Assembly (NCBI GenBank): GCA_964275585.1
Contig: CAXYCJ010000006.1
Location: 83,387-147,386, forward strand
Length of the DNA stretch: 64,000 bases
Origin: an uncultured SAR86 cluster bacterium
GTDB lineage: Bacteria > Pseudomonadota > Gammaproteobacteria > Magnimaribacterales > D2472
Direction of reading: 5' to 3'
Shown: positions 1 through 9,665 of the stretch, piece by piece
Layout of the letters: each line of letters opens with the position of its first letter
Numbering within the stretch: the first letter of the stretch is position 1
The notes under the pieces: model-generated
Databases searched by the model: none
Told to the model about the DNA's origin: nothing
Seen by the model: the letters and a program-made list of their open reading frames with translations, nothing else
Translations under genes and position numbers: made by a program

Positions 1-264
1 TTTTGTACTTTTATACTATCTTTTTTAATTATTAGCTGTGAGTCTCAACCCATAAATCCTTACGATGAAGCCGCTAAACCATACGCGCCATTTGGTATAG
101 AGGGACACATGGGAGCTGTAATGACATCATGCTTAGGCATGCCACCTCAATCACCTCCAATTAAAACTAGTAGTAAGGGCCCATTGATAGAGCATAAAAA
201 TTATTTTGATTGTGTTGATGATGAGCTTTTAAAAAAGGAAGAACGTGATAGAGACAATCGCTAA
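1..264 (+). CDS. C-terminal part of a lipoprotein-like hypothetical protein (5' end outside the window)
   Basis: Frame 1 is open from base 1 to the TAA at 262-264. The translation begins ..FILSFLIISCESQP, which is lipobox-like. No family recognised. Confidence 0.35.
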   Translation, partial: FCTFILSFLIISCESQPINPYDEAAKPYAPFGIEGHMGAVMTSCLGMPPQSPPIKTSSKGPLIEHKNYFDCVDDELLKKEERDRDNR

Positions 265-276
265 CTAAGAGCACAC

Positions 277-1428
277 TTACTCTAAAGCAATATTAATACC
301 ATCAACCAGATCATCTATATCCTCTAAGCCTGCAGAGATTCTAATTAAACCTTTAGAGATTCCTGAAGCTTTCTTTTCACCTTCCGAGAGAGGTGCATGC
401 GTCATGGTATAGGGATGACACACTAAACTTTCAAAACCACCAAGAGATTCAGCAAGAGTAAAGTTTTTTATTTTTTTAAAGAATTTTTTAACAGCAGGCA
501 ATCCTCCTTCTAATTCAAAACTTAACATCCCCCCAAATCCTTTTTGCTGAGCTTTGGCAATTGCATGCGAGGGATGGTGTGATAAACCTGGATAGTTCAC
601 CGTCTTTACTTTTTTATTATTTGATAGCACTTCCGCTAGGGCGAAAGCATTTTTTTCATGTTGATTCATTCTCAGACTCAGAGTTCTAAGACCTCTTAAT
701 GTTTGATAGCTATCAAAGGGCGCACCTGTGATTCCAAGATTATTAGCCCAAAACTTCAGCTTAGTTAAAGTGTCTTCGTTGTTGGTTATAACAGCGCCGC
801 CAACAACATCAGAATGCCCATTAATATATTTTGTTGTTGAGTGGACAACAATATCAGCTCCTAGTTTTAGGGGGTTTTGAAGGGCAGGGGAAAGAAACGT
901 GTTATCAACAGCAACCATTGCGTGTATTAATTTTGCTTCAGCGCATATAGCTTTGATATCCACAGCTTGAAGCAGCGGGTTAGAGGGGCTCTCTAGCCAA
1001 ATTAGATTGGGTTGAAAATCATGAATAGTATTGAATAATTCTTTTTTATTTCCTTGGTTAATAAAACGAATATTCAGCACACCTTTTGCTTCGAGGGATG
1101 AAAAGAGCCTATGAGTTCCTCCATAACAATCATGCGGAAGTATCACACTGTCATTTAATTCAAGAATATTTGCTACTAGAGAGATTGCAGACATCCCTGA
1201 GCTGGTAATTTCTGCTCCAACTCCATATTCAAGTTCAGCTAGCGCTGAGGCTAAGATATCTCTAGTAGGGTTGGCTGATCTTGTGTAGTCATATTGCTGC
1301 TCTTTACCAAATTCTTGGAAAGCAAAATTTGATGATAAGTATAAAGGAGGAATTACTGCTCCATGTTGATTATCTGATTCTACGCCAGCCCTTGTGGCGA
1401 TAGTGTCTTTATTTAATTTCTTATCCAT
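277..1428 (-). CDS. metB: Cystathionine gamma-synthase (PLP-dependent Cys/Met metabolism family)
   Basis: 383-aa ORF, colinear by eye with E. coli MetB (PHDCYGGTHRLF, VDNTFLSPALQNPLKLGAD, LRISAGLEDIDDL). PLP-lysine motif STTKYINGHSD. GAGG Shine-Dalgarno upstream. Confidence 0.85.
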   Translation of the reverse strand: MDKKLNKDTIATRAGVESDNQHGAVIPPLYLSSNFAFQEFGKEQQYDYTRSANPTRDILASALAELEYGVGAEITSSGMSAISLVANILELNDSVILPHDCYGGTHRLFSSLEAKGVLNIRFINQGNKKELFNTIHDFQPNLIWLESPSNPLLQAVDIKAICAEAKLIHAMVAVDNTFLSPALQNPLKLGADIVVHSTTKYINGHSDVVGGAVITNNEDTLTKLKFWANNLGITGAPFDSYQTLRGLRTLSLRMNQHEKNAFALAEVLSNNKKVKTVNYPGLSHHPSHAIAKAQQKGFGGMLSFELEGGLPAVKKFFKKIKNFTLAESLGGFESLVCHPYTMTHAPLSEGEKKASGISKGLIRISAGLEDIDDLVDGINIALE

Positions 1429-1593
1429 GATTATTACCTCATTGCCATTTTCATTTGGTCAGGCAAAAAAAAACCCATCTGCTTTGCTAGATAGGTTTTT
1501 ATACTTCTATTTAGCTGAATTTATAAAGCACCCGCAAGCGGAGTTCAAATCGGTGCTGAACCTATATTCTAGTTAGATTTGATTAAGTTGCAA
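1429..1593 (-). promoter_or_regulatory. metB promoter plus ~130-nt structured leader with mutually exclusive terminator and antiterminator (riboswitch/attenuator candidate)
   Basis: Minus strand: -35 TTGCAA (1593-1588), 16-nt spacer, -10 TAGAAT (1571-1566). Hairpin AGCACC..GGTGCT (1557-1527). GCTAAATAG (1516-1508) is complementary at 8 of 9 positions to CTATCTAGC (1494-1486), which lies inside the terminator. Confidence 0.45.
1465..1496 (-). terminator. Intrinsic terminator inside the metB leader
   Basis: Minus strand reads ACCTATCT-AGCAAAGC-AGATGGGT followed by T9. It lies ~35 nt upstream of the metB start codon. Confidence 0.6.
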
Positions 1594-1652
1594 GATTTTA
1601 ATTCTTTAATAGCTCTTAGAGACATGAAATAAAATTATGATACAGTTTTAAA

Positions 1653-2243
1653 ATGCCGTTAATTAATCCCTTAAATAAAATTTCTGATCCAGATGTTCAG
1701 GAGCTTGTCGATTTCTTTAATGAAACTTTGGGCTTTTGTCCAAACTCCGTGCTTACTATGCAAAGAAGGCCTCAGATTGCAAAAGCTTTTGTGCAACTTA
1801 ATATGGCTGTTATGGAGAATCATGGAAAATTAACCTCTGAATTTAAGCGTTTAATTGCTTTTGTTAGCAGCAATACAACAGGCTGCAGATATTGCCAAGC
1901 TCACACCATAAGAGCTGCTGAGAGATATGGATCAACGTCCTTGCGCTTATTAAATGTTTGGGATTTTCAAAATCATGATTGTTTTAGTCCAGAAGAAAAA
2001 TCTGCATTGAGATTTGCTCAAGAAGCTAGCTCCGTCCCAGTCAACGTTAAACCTTTAACAGAGGAGGAATTAAAATTCTATTGGTCTGATGAAGATATAG
2101 TAGAGATTATGGGAGTGATTTCATTGTTTGGCTATCTCAATCGCTGGAATGACGTCATGGGTACTTCCATAGAAGATGGTGCAAAGGCTTCAGGAGAAGA
2201 ACTTCTACAAAATATTTCCTGGACCCCAGGAAAGCATGGTTAA
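1653..2243 (+). CDS. AhpD-like / carboxymuconolactone decarboxylase family, peroxidase-related protein
   Basis: 196 aa. CxxC-H motif TGCRYCQAH typical of the AhpD/CMD fold. Confidence 0.65.
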   Translation: MPLINPLNKISDPDVQELVDFFNETLGFCPNSVLTMQRRPQIAKAFVQLNMAVMENHGKLTSEFKRLIAFVSSNTTGCRYCQAHTIRAAERYGSTSLRLLNVWDFQNHDCFSPEEKSALRFAQEASSVPVNVKPLTEEELKFYWSDEDIVEIMGVISLFGYLNRWNDVMGTSIEDGAKASGEELLQNISWTPGKHG

Positions 2244-2246
2244 TTT

Positions 2247-3578
2247 TTATTGAGGTTTTTTAGTTTTTTTCCAGCGAGTTTTTGCTTTTGAACCTTTTTT
2301 CTTATTTCTCGCACCTGGAGGTTTTCCGGCTCCACCTGACGAAGGCTTTTTAAAATTTGAATTACCTCTATTGCCTGGTTTGCCCCTGCTAAAACTAGGT
2401 TTTTTACCTCTAAAGTTTCTTGATTTAGGTGCGTTTGAAGGTTTGGCTGTTGGCTTGAAGCCTCCTTCAATTTTTTGATCAATTTTACTATTAAGCAAAC
2501 TTTCAATTCCTCTGAGGTATTTATGCTCATCAACACTCATAAAAGAAATTGCAGTTCCTTCTTGCCCAGCTCTCCCTGTTCTTCCTATTCTATGGATGTA
2601 ATCATTTGGGTAAGTGGGCATATCAAAATTAACAACATATGGCAGATTGCTAATATCAATTCCACGAGCAGCCACATCTGTTGCAACTAAAACCCTCACA
2701 TCCTTTTCTTTGAACTCTCTTAAAGCCCTTGTTCGTGCACCTTGAGTCTTGTCACCATGAATTGTTACGGCTTGGATATCTGCTGCATTCAGTTGTTTAG
2801 CAATTTTTTCTGATCCATGTTTTGTTCTAGAAAAAACAAGAGCCTGAGGCCATTGCTCAGAATGAATTAGATGATTTAACAGCGCTGATTTTTTTTCTTT
2901 ATCCACATGATAGACGACTTGCTTAATAGCGCTCACTGTTGTGTTGGGCGAGTGTGCAGCTATTTCTATCATATCGGAGCCAAGAGACTGGGCTAGCTTT
3001 TTAATCTCAGATGAAAAAGTAGCTGAAAAAAGTAAATTTTGTCTTTCTGGGGGGGTCATTCCAATAATCTTCTTGATGTCATGAATAAAGCCCATATCTA
3101 GCATATGATCAGCTTCATCTAGAACTAGAATTTGAACCTTATCAAGCTTTACAGATTTTTGATTAACTAAATCTAACAGTCTTCCAGGGGTAGCAACCAG
3201 AATATCTAAACCTTTTTTGAGTTTAGATTTTTGAGGAAATATTTTAGCGCCACCAAACACAGCAGTTGATGTTATGGATGTGAACTTTCCATAGGTGTAA
3301 ACACTTTCTCTTACTTGAGCAGCAAGCTCACGAGTAGGCGTTAAAATTAAGGCATGAACATGTTTGCTGTAAGGCTTAGCTTGCTCTTGAAGTAACTCAA
3401 TCATAGGCAAAACAAAACTACCTGTTTTACCAGTGCCTGTTTGAGCCGCTGCCATGAGATTCTTGCCATCTAGAACAATGGGAATTGCTTGTTTTTGGAT
3501 TTCTGAAGGTTCTGAGTGATCTAAATCTTTAAGAGATCTTAAAATAGGATCGGATAAACCTAGTTCTTTGAATGACAT
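2247..3578 (-). CDS. rhlE: DEAD-box ATP-dependent RNA helicase with a Lys/Arg/Gly-rich C-terminal tail
   Basis: Q-motif and AQTGTGKT (motif I), VLDEADHMLD (DEAD), SAT, HRIGRTGRAG (motif VI). Basic tail of ~70 aa. Confidence 0.9.
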   Translation of the reverse strand: MSFKELGLSDPILRSLKDLDHSEPSEIQKQAIPIVLDGKNLMAAAQTGTGKTGSFVLPMIELLQEQAKPYSKHVHALILTPTRELAAQVRESVYTYGKFTSITSTAVFGGAKIFPQKSKLKKGLDILVATPGRLLDLVNQKSVKLDKVQILVLDEADHMLDMGFIHDIKKIIGMTPPERQNLLFSATFSSEIKKLAQSLGSDMIEIAAHSPNTTVSAIKQVVYHVDKEKKSALLNHLIHSEQWPQALVFSRTKHGSEKIAKQLNAADIQAVTIHGDKTQGARTRALREFKEKDVRVLVATDVAARGIDISNLPYVVNFDMPTYPNDYIHRIGRTGRAGQEGTAISFMSVDEHKYLRGIESLLNSKIDQKIEGGFKPTAKPSNAPKSRNFRGKKPSFSRGKPGNRGNSNFKKPSSGGAGKPPGARNKKKGSKAKTRWKKTKKPQ

Positions 3579-3740
3579 TTTAAATTTTATAAATTTTGCT
3601 GATAAATATCAGATGACTGCAGGGTATAGGCTTACTACCTCATGGTCAATGAAGCATGGAATATATATTTCAATTAAGTTTTAAATGAGGGTATTCCTTT
3701 TCTAATATTGCCCTATAATCCCCAAGAATTAAAACGCATC

Positions 3741-5525
3741 ATGAATAAAAATACACTTCGAAATATTGCAATCATTGCCCATGTTGATCATGGTAAGACT
3801 ACTTTAGTGGATAAATTATTGCAGCAATCTGGAACTTTAGATCGTAAAAGCATGACCACTGAACGGATAATGGATTCAAATGATCAGGAGAGAGAGCGCG
3901 GTATTACAATTCTTGCAAAAAATACTTCCATTAATTGGAAAGATCATCGCATAAATATTGTCGACACTCCTGGGCATGCAGACTTTGGTGGAGAGGTTGA
4001 AAGGGTTCTATCGATGGTTGACTCAGTTTTACTTTTAGTGGATGCAGTGGACGGCCCAATGCCCCAAACTAGATTTGTTACTCAAAAAGCATTTGAAAAA
4101 GGATTGAAACCAATTCTTGTTGTTAATAAAGTAGATAGACCTGAGGCAAGACCTCACTGGGTTCTAGATCAAGTCTTTGAGCTTTTTGATAACCTTGGCG
4201 CAACAGATGATCAGTTAGATTTTACTGTGATATATGCTTCTGCAATTAACGGCATGGCTGGTCATGAACCAGATGAATTGGCAGATGACATGACACCGCT
4301 TTTGGATATGATTATTGATAAGGTTTCAGCCCCTGATGTTGATGAGGAGTCTCCATTTAGAATGCAAATTAGTGCCTTAGATAGTAACAGTTATGTAGGT
4401 GTTATTGGTATAGGTAGGATCACGGGTGGATCTCTGAAGCCAAATGATCGAGCTGTAGTCATTAATAAAGATGGCAAGGAGCGTAAAGTAAAAATTTTAC
4501 AAGTTTTGGGTCATCATGGTTTAGAGCGAGTGGAGATCGATATCGCTAAAGCAGGAGATATTGTTTGTATTACTGGCGTTGAAGCATTAAATATTTCAGA
4601 TACCCTCTGTGATCCTGAGCACATAAATCCCATGCCATTATTGTCGGTCGACGAGCCAACTGTTAGCATGGTTTTCCAAGTAAATGACTCACCATTTTGT
4701 GGCAAAGAAGGAAAATATGTTACTTCTAGAAATATTAAAGATAGGTTAGACCAAGAGTTAATTCATAACGTTGCGCTAAGGGTTGAAGAGGGAGGGAGCG
4801 CTGACAAATTCAAAGTTTCTGGAAGGGGCGAACTTCATTTATCAGTATTGATAGAAAGCATGAGAAGAGAAAATTATGAAGTGGCGGTCTCTAAACCTCA
4901 GGTTATCCAAAAAGAAGTTGGCGATGAAATACATGAGCCCTTTGAAGTGGTGGTAATTGACATTGAAGAGGAGCATCAAGGATCAATTATGGAGGAGATG
5001 GGAAATCGAAAGGCTGATTTAAAATCTCTCGTGATTACCGAAAACGGCAGAATGAGACTTGAGTTTATGGCTCCATCAAGAGGAATGATTGGCTTTCGCT
5101 CACAGTTCTTAACTTTAACAAGTGGCAGTGGAGTTCTAACGAGCGTCTTTGATCATTATGGGCTTGCAAAAAAGGGTGAAATAGCTCAGAGGCAAAATGG
5201 TGTAATGGTCTCAATGATTGGTGGAAAGACTCTGGCTTACGCTCTATTTAACCTCCAAAACAGAGGTAGAATGTTTGTTGGACATGGGCTAGAGGTATAC
5301 AAAGGTCAGATTGTTGGCTTGCACTCAAGAGATAATGACTTACCAGTTAATCCAACTAAAGCTAAGCAATTAAATAATATTCGAGCAGCTGGTACTGACG
5401 AAAACCTTATTTTAACTCCTCATATACAACATACACTCGAGCAGGCTCTTGAATTTATTGAGGATGATGAATTGGTTGAGGTGACCCCTAAAAGCATTAG
5501 ATTAAGAAAAAAAACTATTAAATAA
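3741..5525 (+). CDS. typA: Translational GTPase TypA/BipA
   Basis: AHVDHGKTT (G1), DTPGH (G3), NKVD (G4), in an EF-G-like multidomain protein of the expected length. The ATG at 3741 ([12 protein letters not shown]) is preferred to the TTG at 3708 given in the ORF track. Confidence 0.95.
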   Translation: MNKNTLRNIAIIAHVDHGKTTLVDKLLQQSGTLDRKSMTTERIMDSNDQERERGITILAKNTSINWKDHRINIVDTPGHADFGGEVERVLSMVDSVLLLVDAVDGPMPQTRFVTQKAFEKGLKPILVVNKVDRPEARPHWVLDQVFELFDNLGATDDQLDFTVIYASAINGMAGHEPDELADDMTPLLDMIIDKVSAPDVDEESPFRMQISALDSNSYVGVIGIGRITGGSLKPNDRAVVINKDGKERKVKILQVLGHHGLERVEIDIAKAGDIVCITGVEALNISDTLCDPEHINPMPLLSVDEPTVSMVFQVNDSPFCGKEGKYVTSRNIKDRLDQELIHNVALRVEEGGSADKFKVSGRGELHLSVLIESMRRENYEVAVSKPQVIQKEVGDEIHEPFEVVVIDIEEEHQGSIMEEMGNRKADLKSLVITENGRMRLEFMAPSRGMIGFRSQFLTLTSGSGVLTSVFDHYGLAKKGEIAQRQNGVMVSMIGGKTLAYALFNLQNRGRMFVGHGLEVYKGQIVGLHSRDNDLPVNPTKAKQLNNIRAAGTDENLILTPHIQHTLEQALEFIEDDELVEVTPKSIRLRKKTIK

Positions 5526-5542
5526 TAATTTCTTCATTTTAC

Positions 5543-6457
5543 TCATGAAGATAGAATAATTTTTTTGAATATTTGCTTGTAACCAAATGCAATCTCCATC
5601 TTGGGAAGATAGCCTTTTTCTTTTAGCATTTGATGTGCCTTTGGCAGGTTGTACCATGGGCAGAAAGTAAATAAATGATGCTCAATATGATAATTCACAT
5701 TCAATGGAGCTAAAAAATATTTAAGATACCAAGGAGCAATGGTAGTTCTTGTGTTTGTGTAATCATCCTCGCCCATAACCCCTGAATGCTCTGTAATACT
5801 TCTAATGCGATAAAATAGACTAAAAAAAGTTAGCATGGGTATCCACCACAGGCCAAGATACAGCCAGCTATTACCTGAGACATATAGAGCTCCAAAGAGT
5901 ATTAGATTGGTTATCAAAAAACCTTTTAATTTTAAAAAAAAATGTTTTATATGGCCTGAAAAAGATAGATCTTTGCCCCAGGAAGAAACTATTGCAGCCG
6001 AATACCTTCTTATGCCTGCAATGCCAGTTAAATCTCTAAATACTTTTCTTATCAGGCTTAATCTTGAGGTTGGAAAGGCTTCCGTTAGACCTATGTCAGG
6101 ATCTCTTTCAGTTTCAGTATATTTATGGTGCAGAGAGTGATATTTACGGTAAGGAATTGTGTCAGTCATTACTGGATAGGCGCAAAACCACTGGGATGCA
6201 AAATCATTCAGTTTTCTGTCTTTAAAAATAAGACCATGAGCGCCATCATGCATAAGAATGCTTAGTTGAAATTGCTTTGCGCCAATAATTAATGCGGAAA
6301 TAATAAAAACAATAAAACTTGGATACAAAATAAATAGGACAAAAGCAAAAGCTATTTGCAGCCAGATTGATAGGATTGTAAGGACGCTGAGCCAGCTTTT
6401 TAGCTTGCGTAAAACAGCCATCTCCTCTTGGCTTAATAAGTCACCTGCTTTAATCAT
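5543..6457 (-). CDS. Membrane fatty-acid desaturase family protein
   Basis: Three histidine boxes (HDGAHG, HSLHHKY, HIEHHLF) and several transmembrane segments. Confidence 0.8.
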   Translation of the reverse strand: MIKAGDLLSQEEMAVLRKLKSWLSVLTILSIWLQIAFAFVLFILYPSFIVFIISALIIGAKQFQLSILMHDGAHGLIFKDRKLNDFASQWFCAYPVMTDTIPYRKYHSLHHKYTETERDPDIGLTEAFPTSRLSLIRKVFRDLTGIAGIRRYSAAIVSSWGKDLSFSGHIKHFFLKLKGFLITNLILFGALYVSGNSWLYLGLWWIPMLTFFSLFYRIRSITEHSGVMGEDDYTNTRTTIAPWYLKYFLAPLNVNYHIEHHLFTFCPWYNLPKAHQMLKEKGYLPKMEIAFGYKQIFKKIILSS

Positions 6458-6733
6458 CGGGTTTATTATAGCTTAGAGGAGAGGGAGTCTCTAAATTACA
6501 CCCAATTAAGAGTGCTGCTTGTTTGATATTCGATCGCTCGGGTTTCAAAGAAGTTCTTCTATTTTCTTAAATTCATGACCTCAGACATCCATGGCAGAGG
6601 ATTGGTCTCACATTTAAATTCTTCCTCTAGACCAATTTGAGTTAACCTTTTGTTTACAATAAAAAGGTTGTCCAATTGAGTCTGAGCCATATAAGATTAA
6701 GTGTTTTTAATTAATTTTATAAGGTAGGCTCTG

Positions 6734-7636
6734 GTGCTGTATTTAATTTTTTCTTTATTAGTTGTTTTATCTATATATATAGGTAATGCAGCAGCATCAA
6801 TTTTTCTTGGAATTATTTTTGCCATCATCATGAAGCCTGAGAAAATTTTCTTTTCTCGACAAATTGGCACCATACCCTTGCAAATTGGAATCGTTATATT
6901 GGGCGCAACCATTAGCCTCCCTTATGCTTGGAGTGTCAGCGCGGATTATCTCCCATGGATATCTTTGTTTGTTCTAGCGTCATTCTTTATGGGGTTATTG
7001 CTAGGTAAGATTCTTGGTATACATCATCGAATTGCATTCTTACTTTCTGCAGGTGCGGCAATATGTGGAGGCACGGCTATGGCAGCCATTGCTCCAATAA
7101 TTAAAGCTAAGCCTCAAGAGCTTTTAGTAGCCATGACAATAGTGTTTTTGTTAAATGCCTTAGCGATTCTTTTTTTCCCAATAGTTGGTAACTATTTAGA
7201 GATGTCTAATTTTGAATTTGGTGCATGGTCTGCACTTGCCATTCATGACACTAGCTCTGTAGTTGGCTCGGCTCAAACCTTTAGCAATGAATCAGTTCAA
7301 GTTGCAGCAACCTTAAAATTAGGAAGAACTATTTGGTTAATACCTTTAATTCTTATTACAAATTGGATGTTTAATCGTCAAACAGAGGCAGCTAAGTTTC
7401 CTCGTTTTATTCTTTTCTTTATTTTGGCGATTATTGCCAACACTGCTTTAAATTTTGACGAAATCATCTTAGAAATATTACAAAAAGCAAGTAAAAGTTT
7501 TCTAATGCTTGGTCTATTTTGTATAGGCACTCAGTTTAATGCTTATGAATTAAAATCTATTAGTGGAAAGCCGCTAATCCTCGCTTTGTTGCTTTGGTTT
7601 ATGGTTATCCCATTTGCCTATTTGCTGGTCACATAA
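6734..7636 (+). CDS. YeiH/UPF0324 family integral membrane protein (putative sulfate exporter family)
   Basis: 300 aa, polytopic. Motif GAAICGGTAMAAIAP resembles the family signature. GTG start. Confidence 0.6.
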   Translation: MLYLIFSLLVVLSIYIGNAAASIFLGIIFAIIMKPEKIFFSRQIGTIPLQIGIVILGATISLPYAWSVSADYLPWISLFVLASFFMGLLLGKILGIHHRIAFLLSAGAAICGGTAMAAIAPIIKAKPQELLVAMTIVFLLNALAILFFPIVGNYLEMSNFEFGAWSALAIHDTSSVVGSAQTFSNESVQVAATLKLGRTIWLIPLILITNWMFNRQTEAAKFPRFILFFILAIIANTALNFDEIILEILQKASKSFLMLGLFCIGTQFNAYELKSISGKPLILALLLWFMVIPFAYLLVT

Positions 7637-7703
7637 TTTTAAAATTTAAGTAAGATAAAATTGTTGTCATGGTCTATGATTTGTTAACTTATAGGGAGTA
7701 TTA

Positions 7704-8540
7704 ATGAAAGATTTAAAAAATAAAGTTGCGGTTATAACTGGTGCAGGCAGTGGCATTGGTAGGGGAATTGCAGAACATGCAGCGTCAGAAGGAATGCACA
7801 TTGTCTTAGCAGACATTAATGAGGAAGGATTAAATGAAACTCTTGAAATCGTAAAGGGAATAGGCGTTGAAGCAATCGCACGAGTTACAGATGTCAGCAG
7901 TATTAATGAGGTAGAGAATTTAGCGAGCCAAACATATGAAACCTTTCAAAATTGCCATCTTCTATTTAATAATGCAGGAGTGCTAGGACCTGCCCCCCTG
8001 ACCCAGGTGAGCAGAGATATGTATGACTGGTTAATTAATATTAATTTGGGAGGTTGCTTTAATGGAGTTCATGCATTTTTACCTAAAATGCAAAATTCAG
8101 GAGAGGAGTCTCGCATCATTGCTACTTGCTCAACCTCAGGGTTTATTGCTTATCCGATGCTAGGGCTCTATTCTGCTTCAAAATTTGGAATCCGTGGGCT
8201 CATGTCTTCTTTGAGAGCAGAGCTAGGAGACTCTCCAGTTGGGGTAAGCATCGTTTGTCCTGGAGAAGTTACTACAAATATTGTTAATAGCACCTTTGAA
8301 TCTCATAAGCCTCAAGCCAGCACTAATGCTGAAGGCTCAAGCCCAAATGAATTATTGGAGGTTGCTGCAGAAGATGCACAAAATACTTATCCCATTTCGC
8401 CCCTTGATGCAGCACAAGCTATATTTGCTGGTATTCAAAATAAGGATTTCTATATCTTTACTCATAAAGGTTACAAGCGTCAATTGGAGGAGATTTCAGA
8501 TGAATACTTGGAAGCTTTCAATCAATCAATGTTTCAATAG
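7704..8540 (+). CDS. Short-chain dehydrogenase/reductase (SDR)
   Basis: TGAGSGIGRG cofactor motif, NNAG, catalytic YSASK. Confidence 0.85.
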   Translation: MKDLKNKVAVITGAGSGIGRGIAEHAASEGMHIVLADINEEGLNETLEIVKGIGVEAIARVTDVSSINEVENLASQTYETFQNCHLLFNNAGVLGPAPLTQVSRDMYDWLININLGGCFNGVHAFLPKMQNSGEESRIIATCSTSGFIAYPMLGLYSASKFGIRGLMSSLRAELGDSPVGVSIVCPGEVTTNIVNSTFESHKPQASTNAEGSSPNELLEVAAEDAQNTYPISPLDAAQAIFAGIQNKDFYIFTHKGYKRQLEEISDEYLEAFNQSMFQ

Positions 8541-8549
8541 ATTTTAAAG

Positions 8550-8861
8550 ATGCTAAATGAAATATTTATAGGAATTTTTATACTTATTTTATTGATTGCT
8601 TTTATTTATGGGCCCAAAGCTTTATGGGTATATAAAATGATCCATCTCTATGACGAAGAATGGTGGATACCTGGTTTTCCAAATACAGATTACCTTGCAG
8701 CAGGCATATATAATCAGTATATTTGTATTGATCCAATAACCAATGTGGTTATTGCTAAAACTTCATCGAATTTCAAGTTTAATGAAGAGCGACAATATTC
8801 TAAAGATGCTCATGTTGCTATCTTTCGAACAATCGCTCAATCTGCCGGAGAAAACCTTTGA
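8550..8861 (+). CDS. Small membrane-anchored protein resembling only the C-terminal segment of beta-lactamase-family serine hydrolases
   Basis: 103 aa with an N-terminal transmembrane helix. GIYNQYICIDPITNVVIAKTSS resembles the G-x-G-Q-x-I-x-V-D-P..V-V-V-x-T block near the C-terminus of class C-like serine hydrolases. No SxxK motif is present. Confidence 0.3.
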   Translation: MLNEIFIGIFILILLIAFIYGPKALWVYKMIHLYDEEWWIPGFPNTDYLAAGIYNQYICIDPITNVVIAKTSSNFKFNEERQYSKDAHVAIFRTIAQSAGENL

Positions 8862-9646
8862 TTATAAATAAAAACTTTTTATTTGCCTTGATGTTTTGTA
8901 GCTCTATGCATGTAGGTGCGTGGTGGGATACAGGGCATAAAATGGTCTGTAATCAAGCATATGAATTACTTACTCCTATCGCTGCAAAAGGAGTGGACGC
9001 TATGATCGAAGAGCATGGCTCTTTAGGCAGGGCATGTCTTTGGGCAGATTTTATTAAGGGTGAGAGAAAAGATACTAGATCTTGGCATTACCTTAACTTA
9101 CCAGACGATGAGCAAAATACATTCAATGCTATATGCCCACAAAACGGGTGCATTATTGATGCATTTTATAAACAACTAGCGATACTTCAAAATAACAATA
9201 AATCATTGCAAGAGCGCCAAGAGGCTTTATGGTTTGTTGGCCATTTTGTTGGAGATATCCATCAACCAATGCATGTTGGGTATCCCCATGATTTAGGAGG
9301 CAACAGGCATAGACTTGAATTCTCTCATGGAGCAAAGACAAACATGCATAAAATGTGGGATGGTCAAATTATTGAACACATGGAATTAAGGATGGGACCG
9401 GAAGCATTCCAGAATAAGGTGCAAGAAAAAATATCAATATTTTTAACGCAAAAGCATTCCTCTCAGATAGAAGTCTGGGCTCAGGAGAGTAGAGATTTAG
9501 CAATGGATGAAACAGTCGGATATCGAGGCAATACGCTAGAAGTAGTCACAGACGAATACATGGAAGGTCATTTTGAAATTGTTCAAGAGCGATTAGCTCT
9601 TGGAGCTATCAGACTTAGCCAAATACTTAATAATGTTTTTAAATAG
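8858..9646 (+). CDS. Secreted S1/P1-family zinc nuclease
   Basis: Signal peptide followed by a mature N-terminus WWDTGH. Also SWHYLNLP and HFVGDIHQPMH metal-ligand blocks. TTG start overlapping the upstream stop. Confidence 0.8.
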   Translation: MIINKNFLFALMFCSSMHVGAWWDTGHKMVCNQAYELLTPIAAKGVDAMIEEHGSLGRACLWADFIKGERKDTRSWHYLNLPDDEQNTFNAICPQNGCIIDAFYKQLAILQNNNKSLQERQEALWFVGHFVGDIHQPMHVGYPHDLGGNRHRLEFSHGAKTNMHKMWDGQIIEHMELRMGPEAFQNKVQEKISIFLTQKHSSQIEVWAQESRDLAMDETVGYRGNTLEVVTDEYMEGHFEIVQERLALGAIRLSQILNNVFK

Positions 9647-9665
9647 GCAGGGCCATCAGTAATAC

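Noticed and set aside
1394-1576. 60-aa plus-strand ORF overlapping the metB start and its leader.
   Set aside because: It has no Shine-Dalgarno and no recognisable protein features. The region is better explained as the minus-strand metB leader with promoter, hairpins and terminator.
2240-2690. ORFs 2240-2536 (-) and 2475-2690 (+) within or antisense to the rhlE gene.
   Set aside because: They are fully embedded in a confidently identified DEAD-box helicase gene. Their translations are low-complexity with no motifs, typical of shadow ORFs.
4514-6140. Antisense ORFs 4514-4705 (-) inside typA and 5835-6140 (+) inside the desaturase gene.
   Set aside because: They are embedded opposite strongly supported genes, and nothing supports them independently. 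The same reasoning applies to the other short embedded ORFs in the track: 6697-6912, 8281-8547, 9153-9341, 9656-9979, 12794-13027, 13408-13620, 13706-13894, 15498-15725, 16167-17439 (set), 22185-22415, 25117-25359, 28583-28777, 28931-29143, 34240-34422, 34947-35129, 36649-36981, 39720-39914, 41298-41483, 42456-43008, 44607-45479 (set), 47367-47576, 48415-48753, 50583-51190, 52956-53586, 55996-56359, 57865-58068, 59070-59267, 60315-60638 and 61520-61912.
6559-6690. 43-codon minus-strand ORF (MAQTQLDNLFIVNKRLTQIGLEEEFKCETNPLPWMSEVMNLRK), divergent from the YeiH-family gene. Considered as a remnant of the LysR-type regulator that often accompanies yeiH.
   Set aside because: The sequence does not match the LysR N-terminal helix-turn-helix pattern, and it has no clear Shine-Dalgarno. 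The evidence is insufficient to call a gene or pseudogene.
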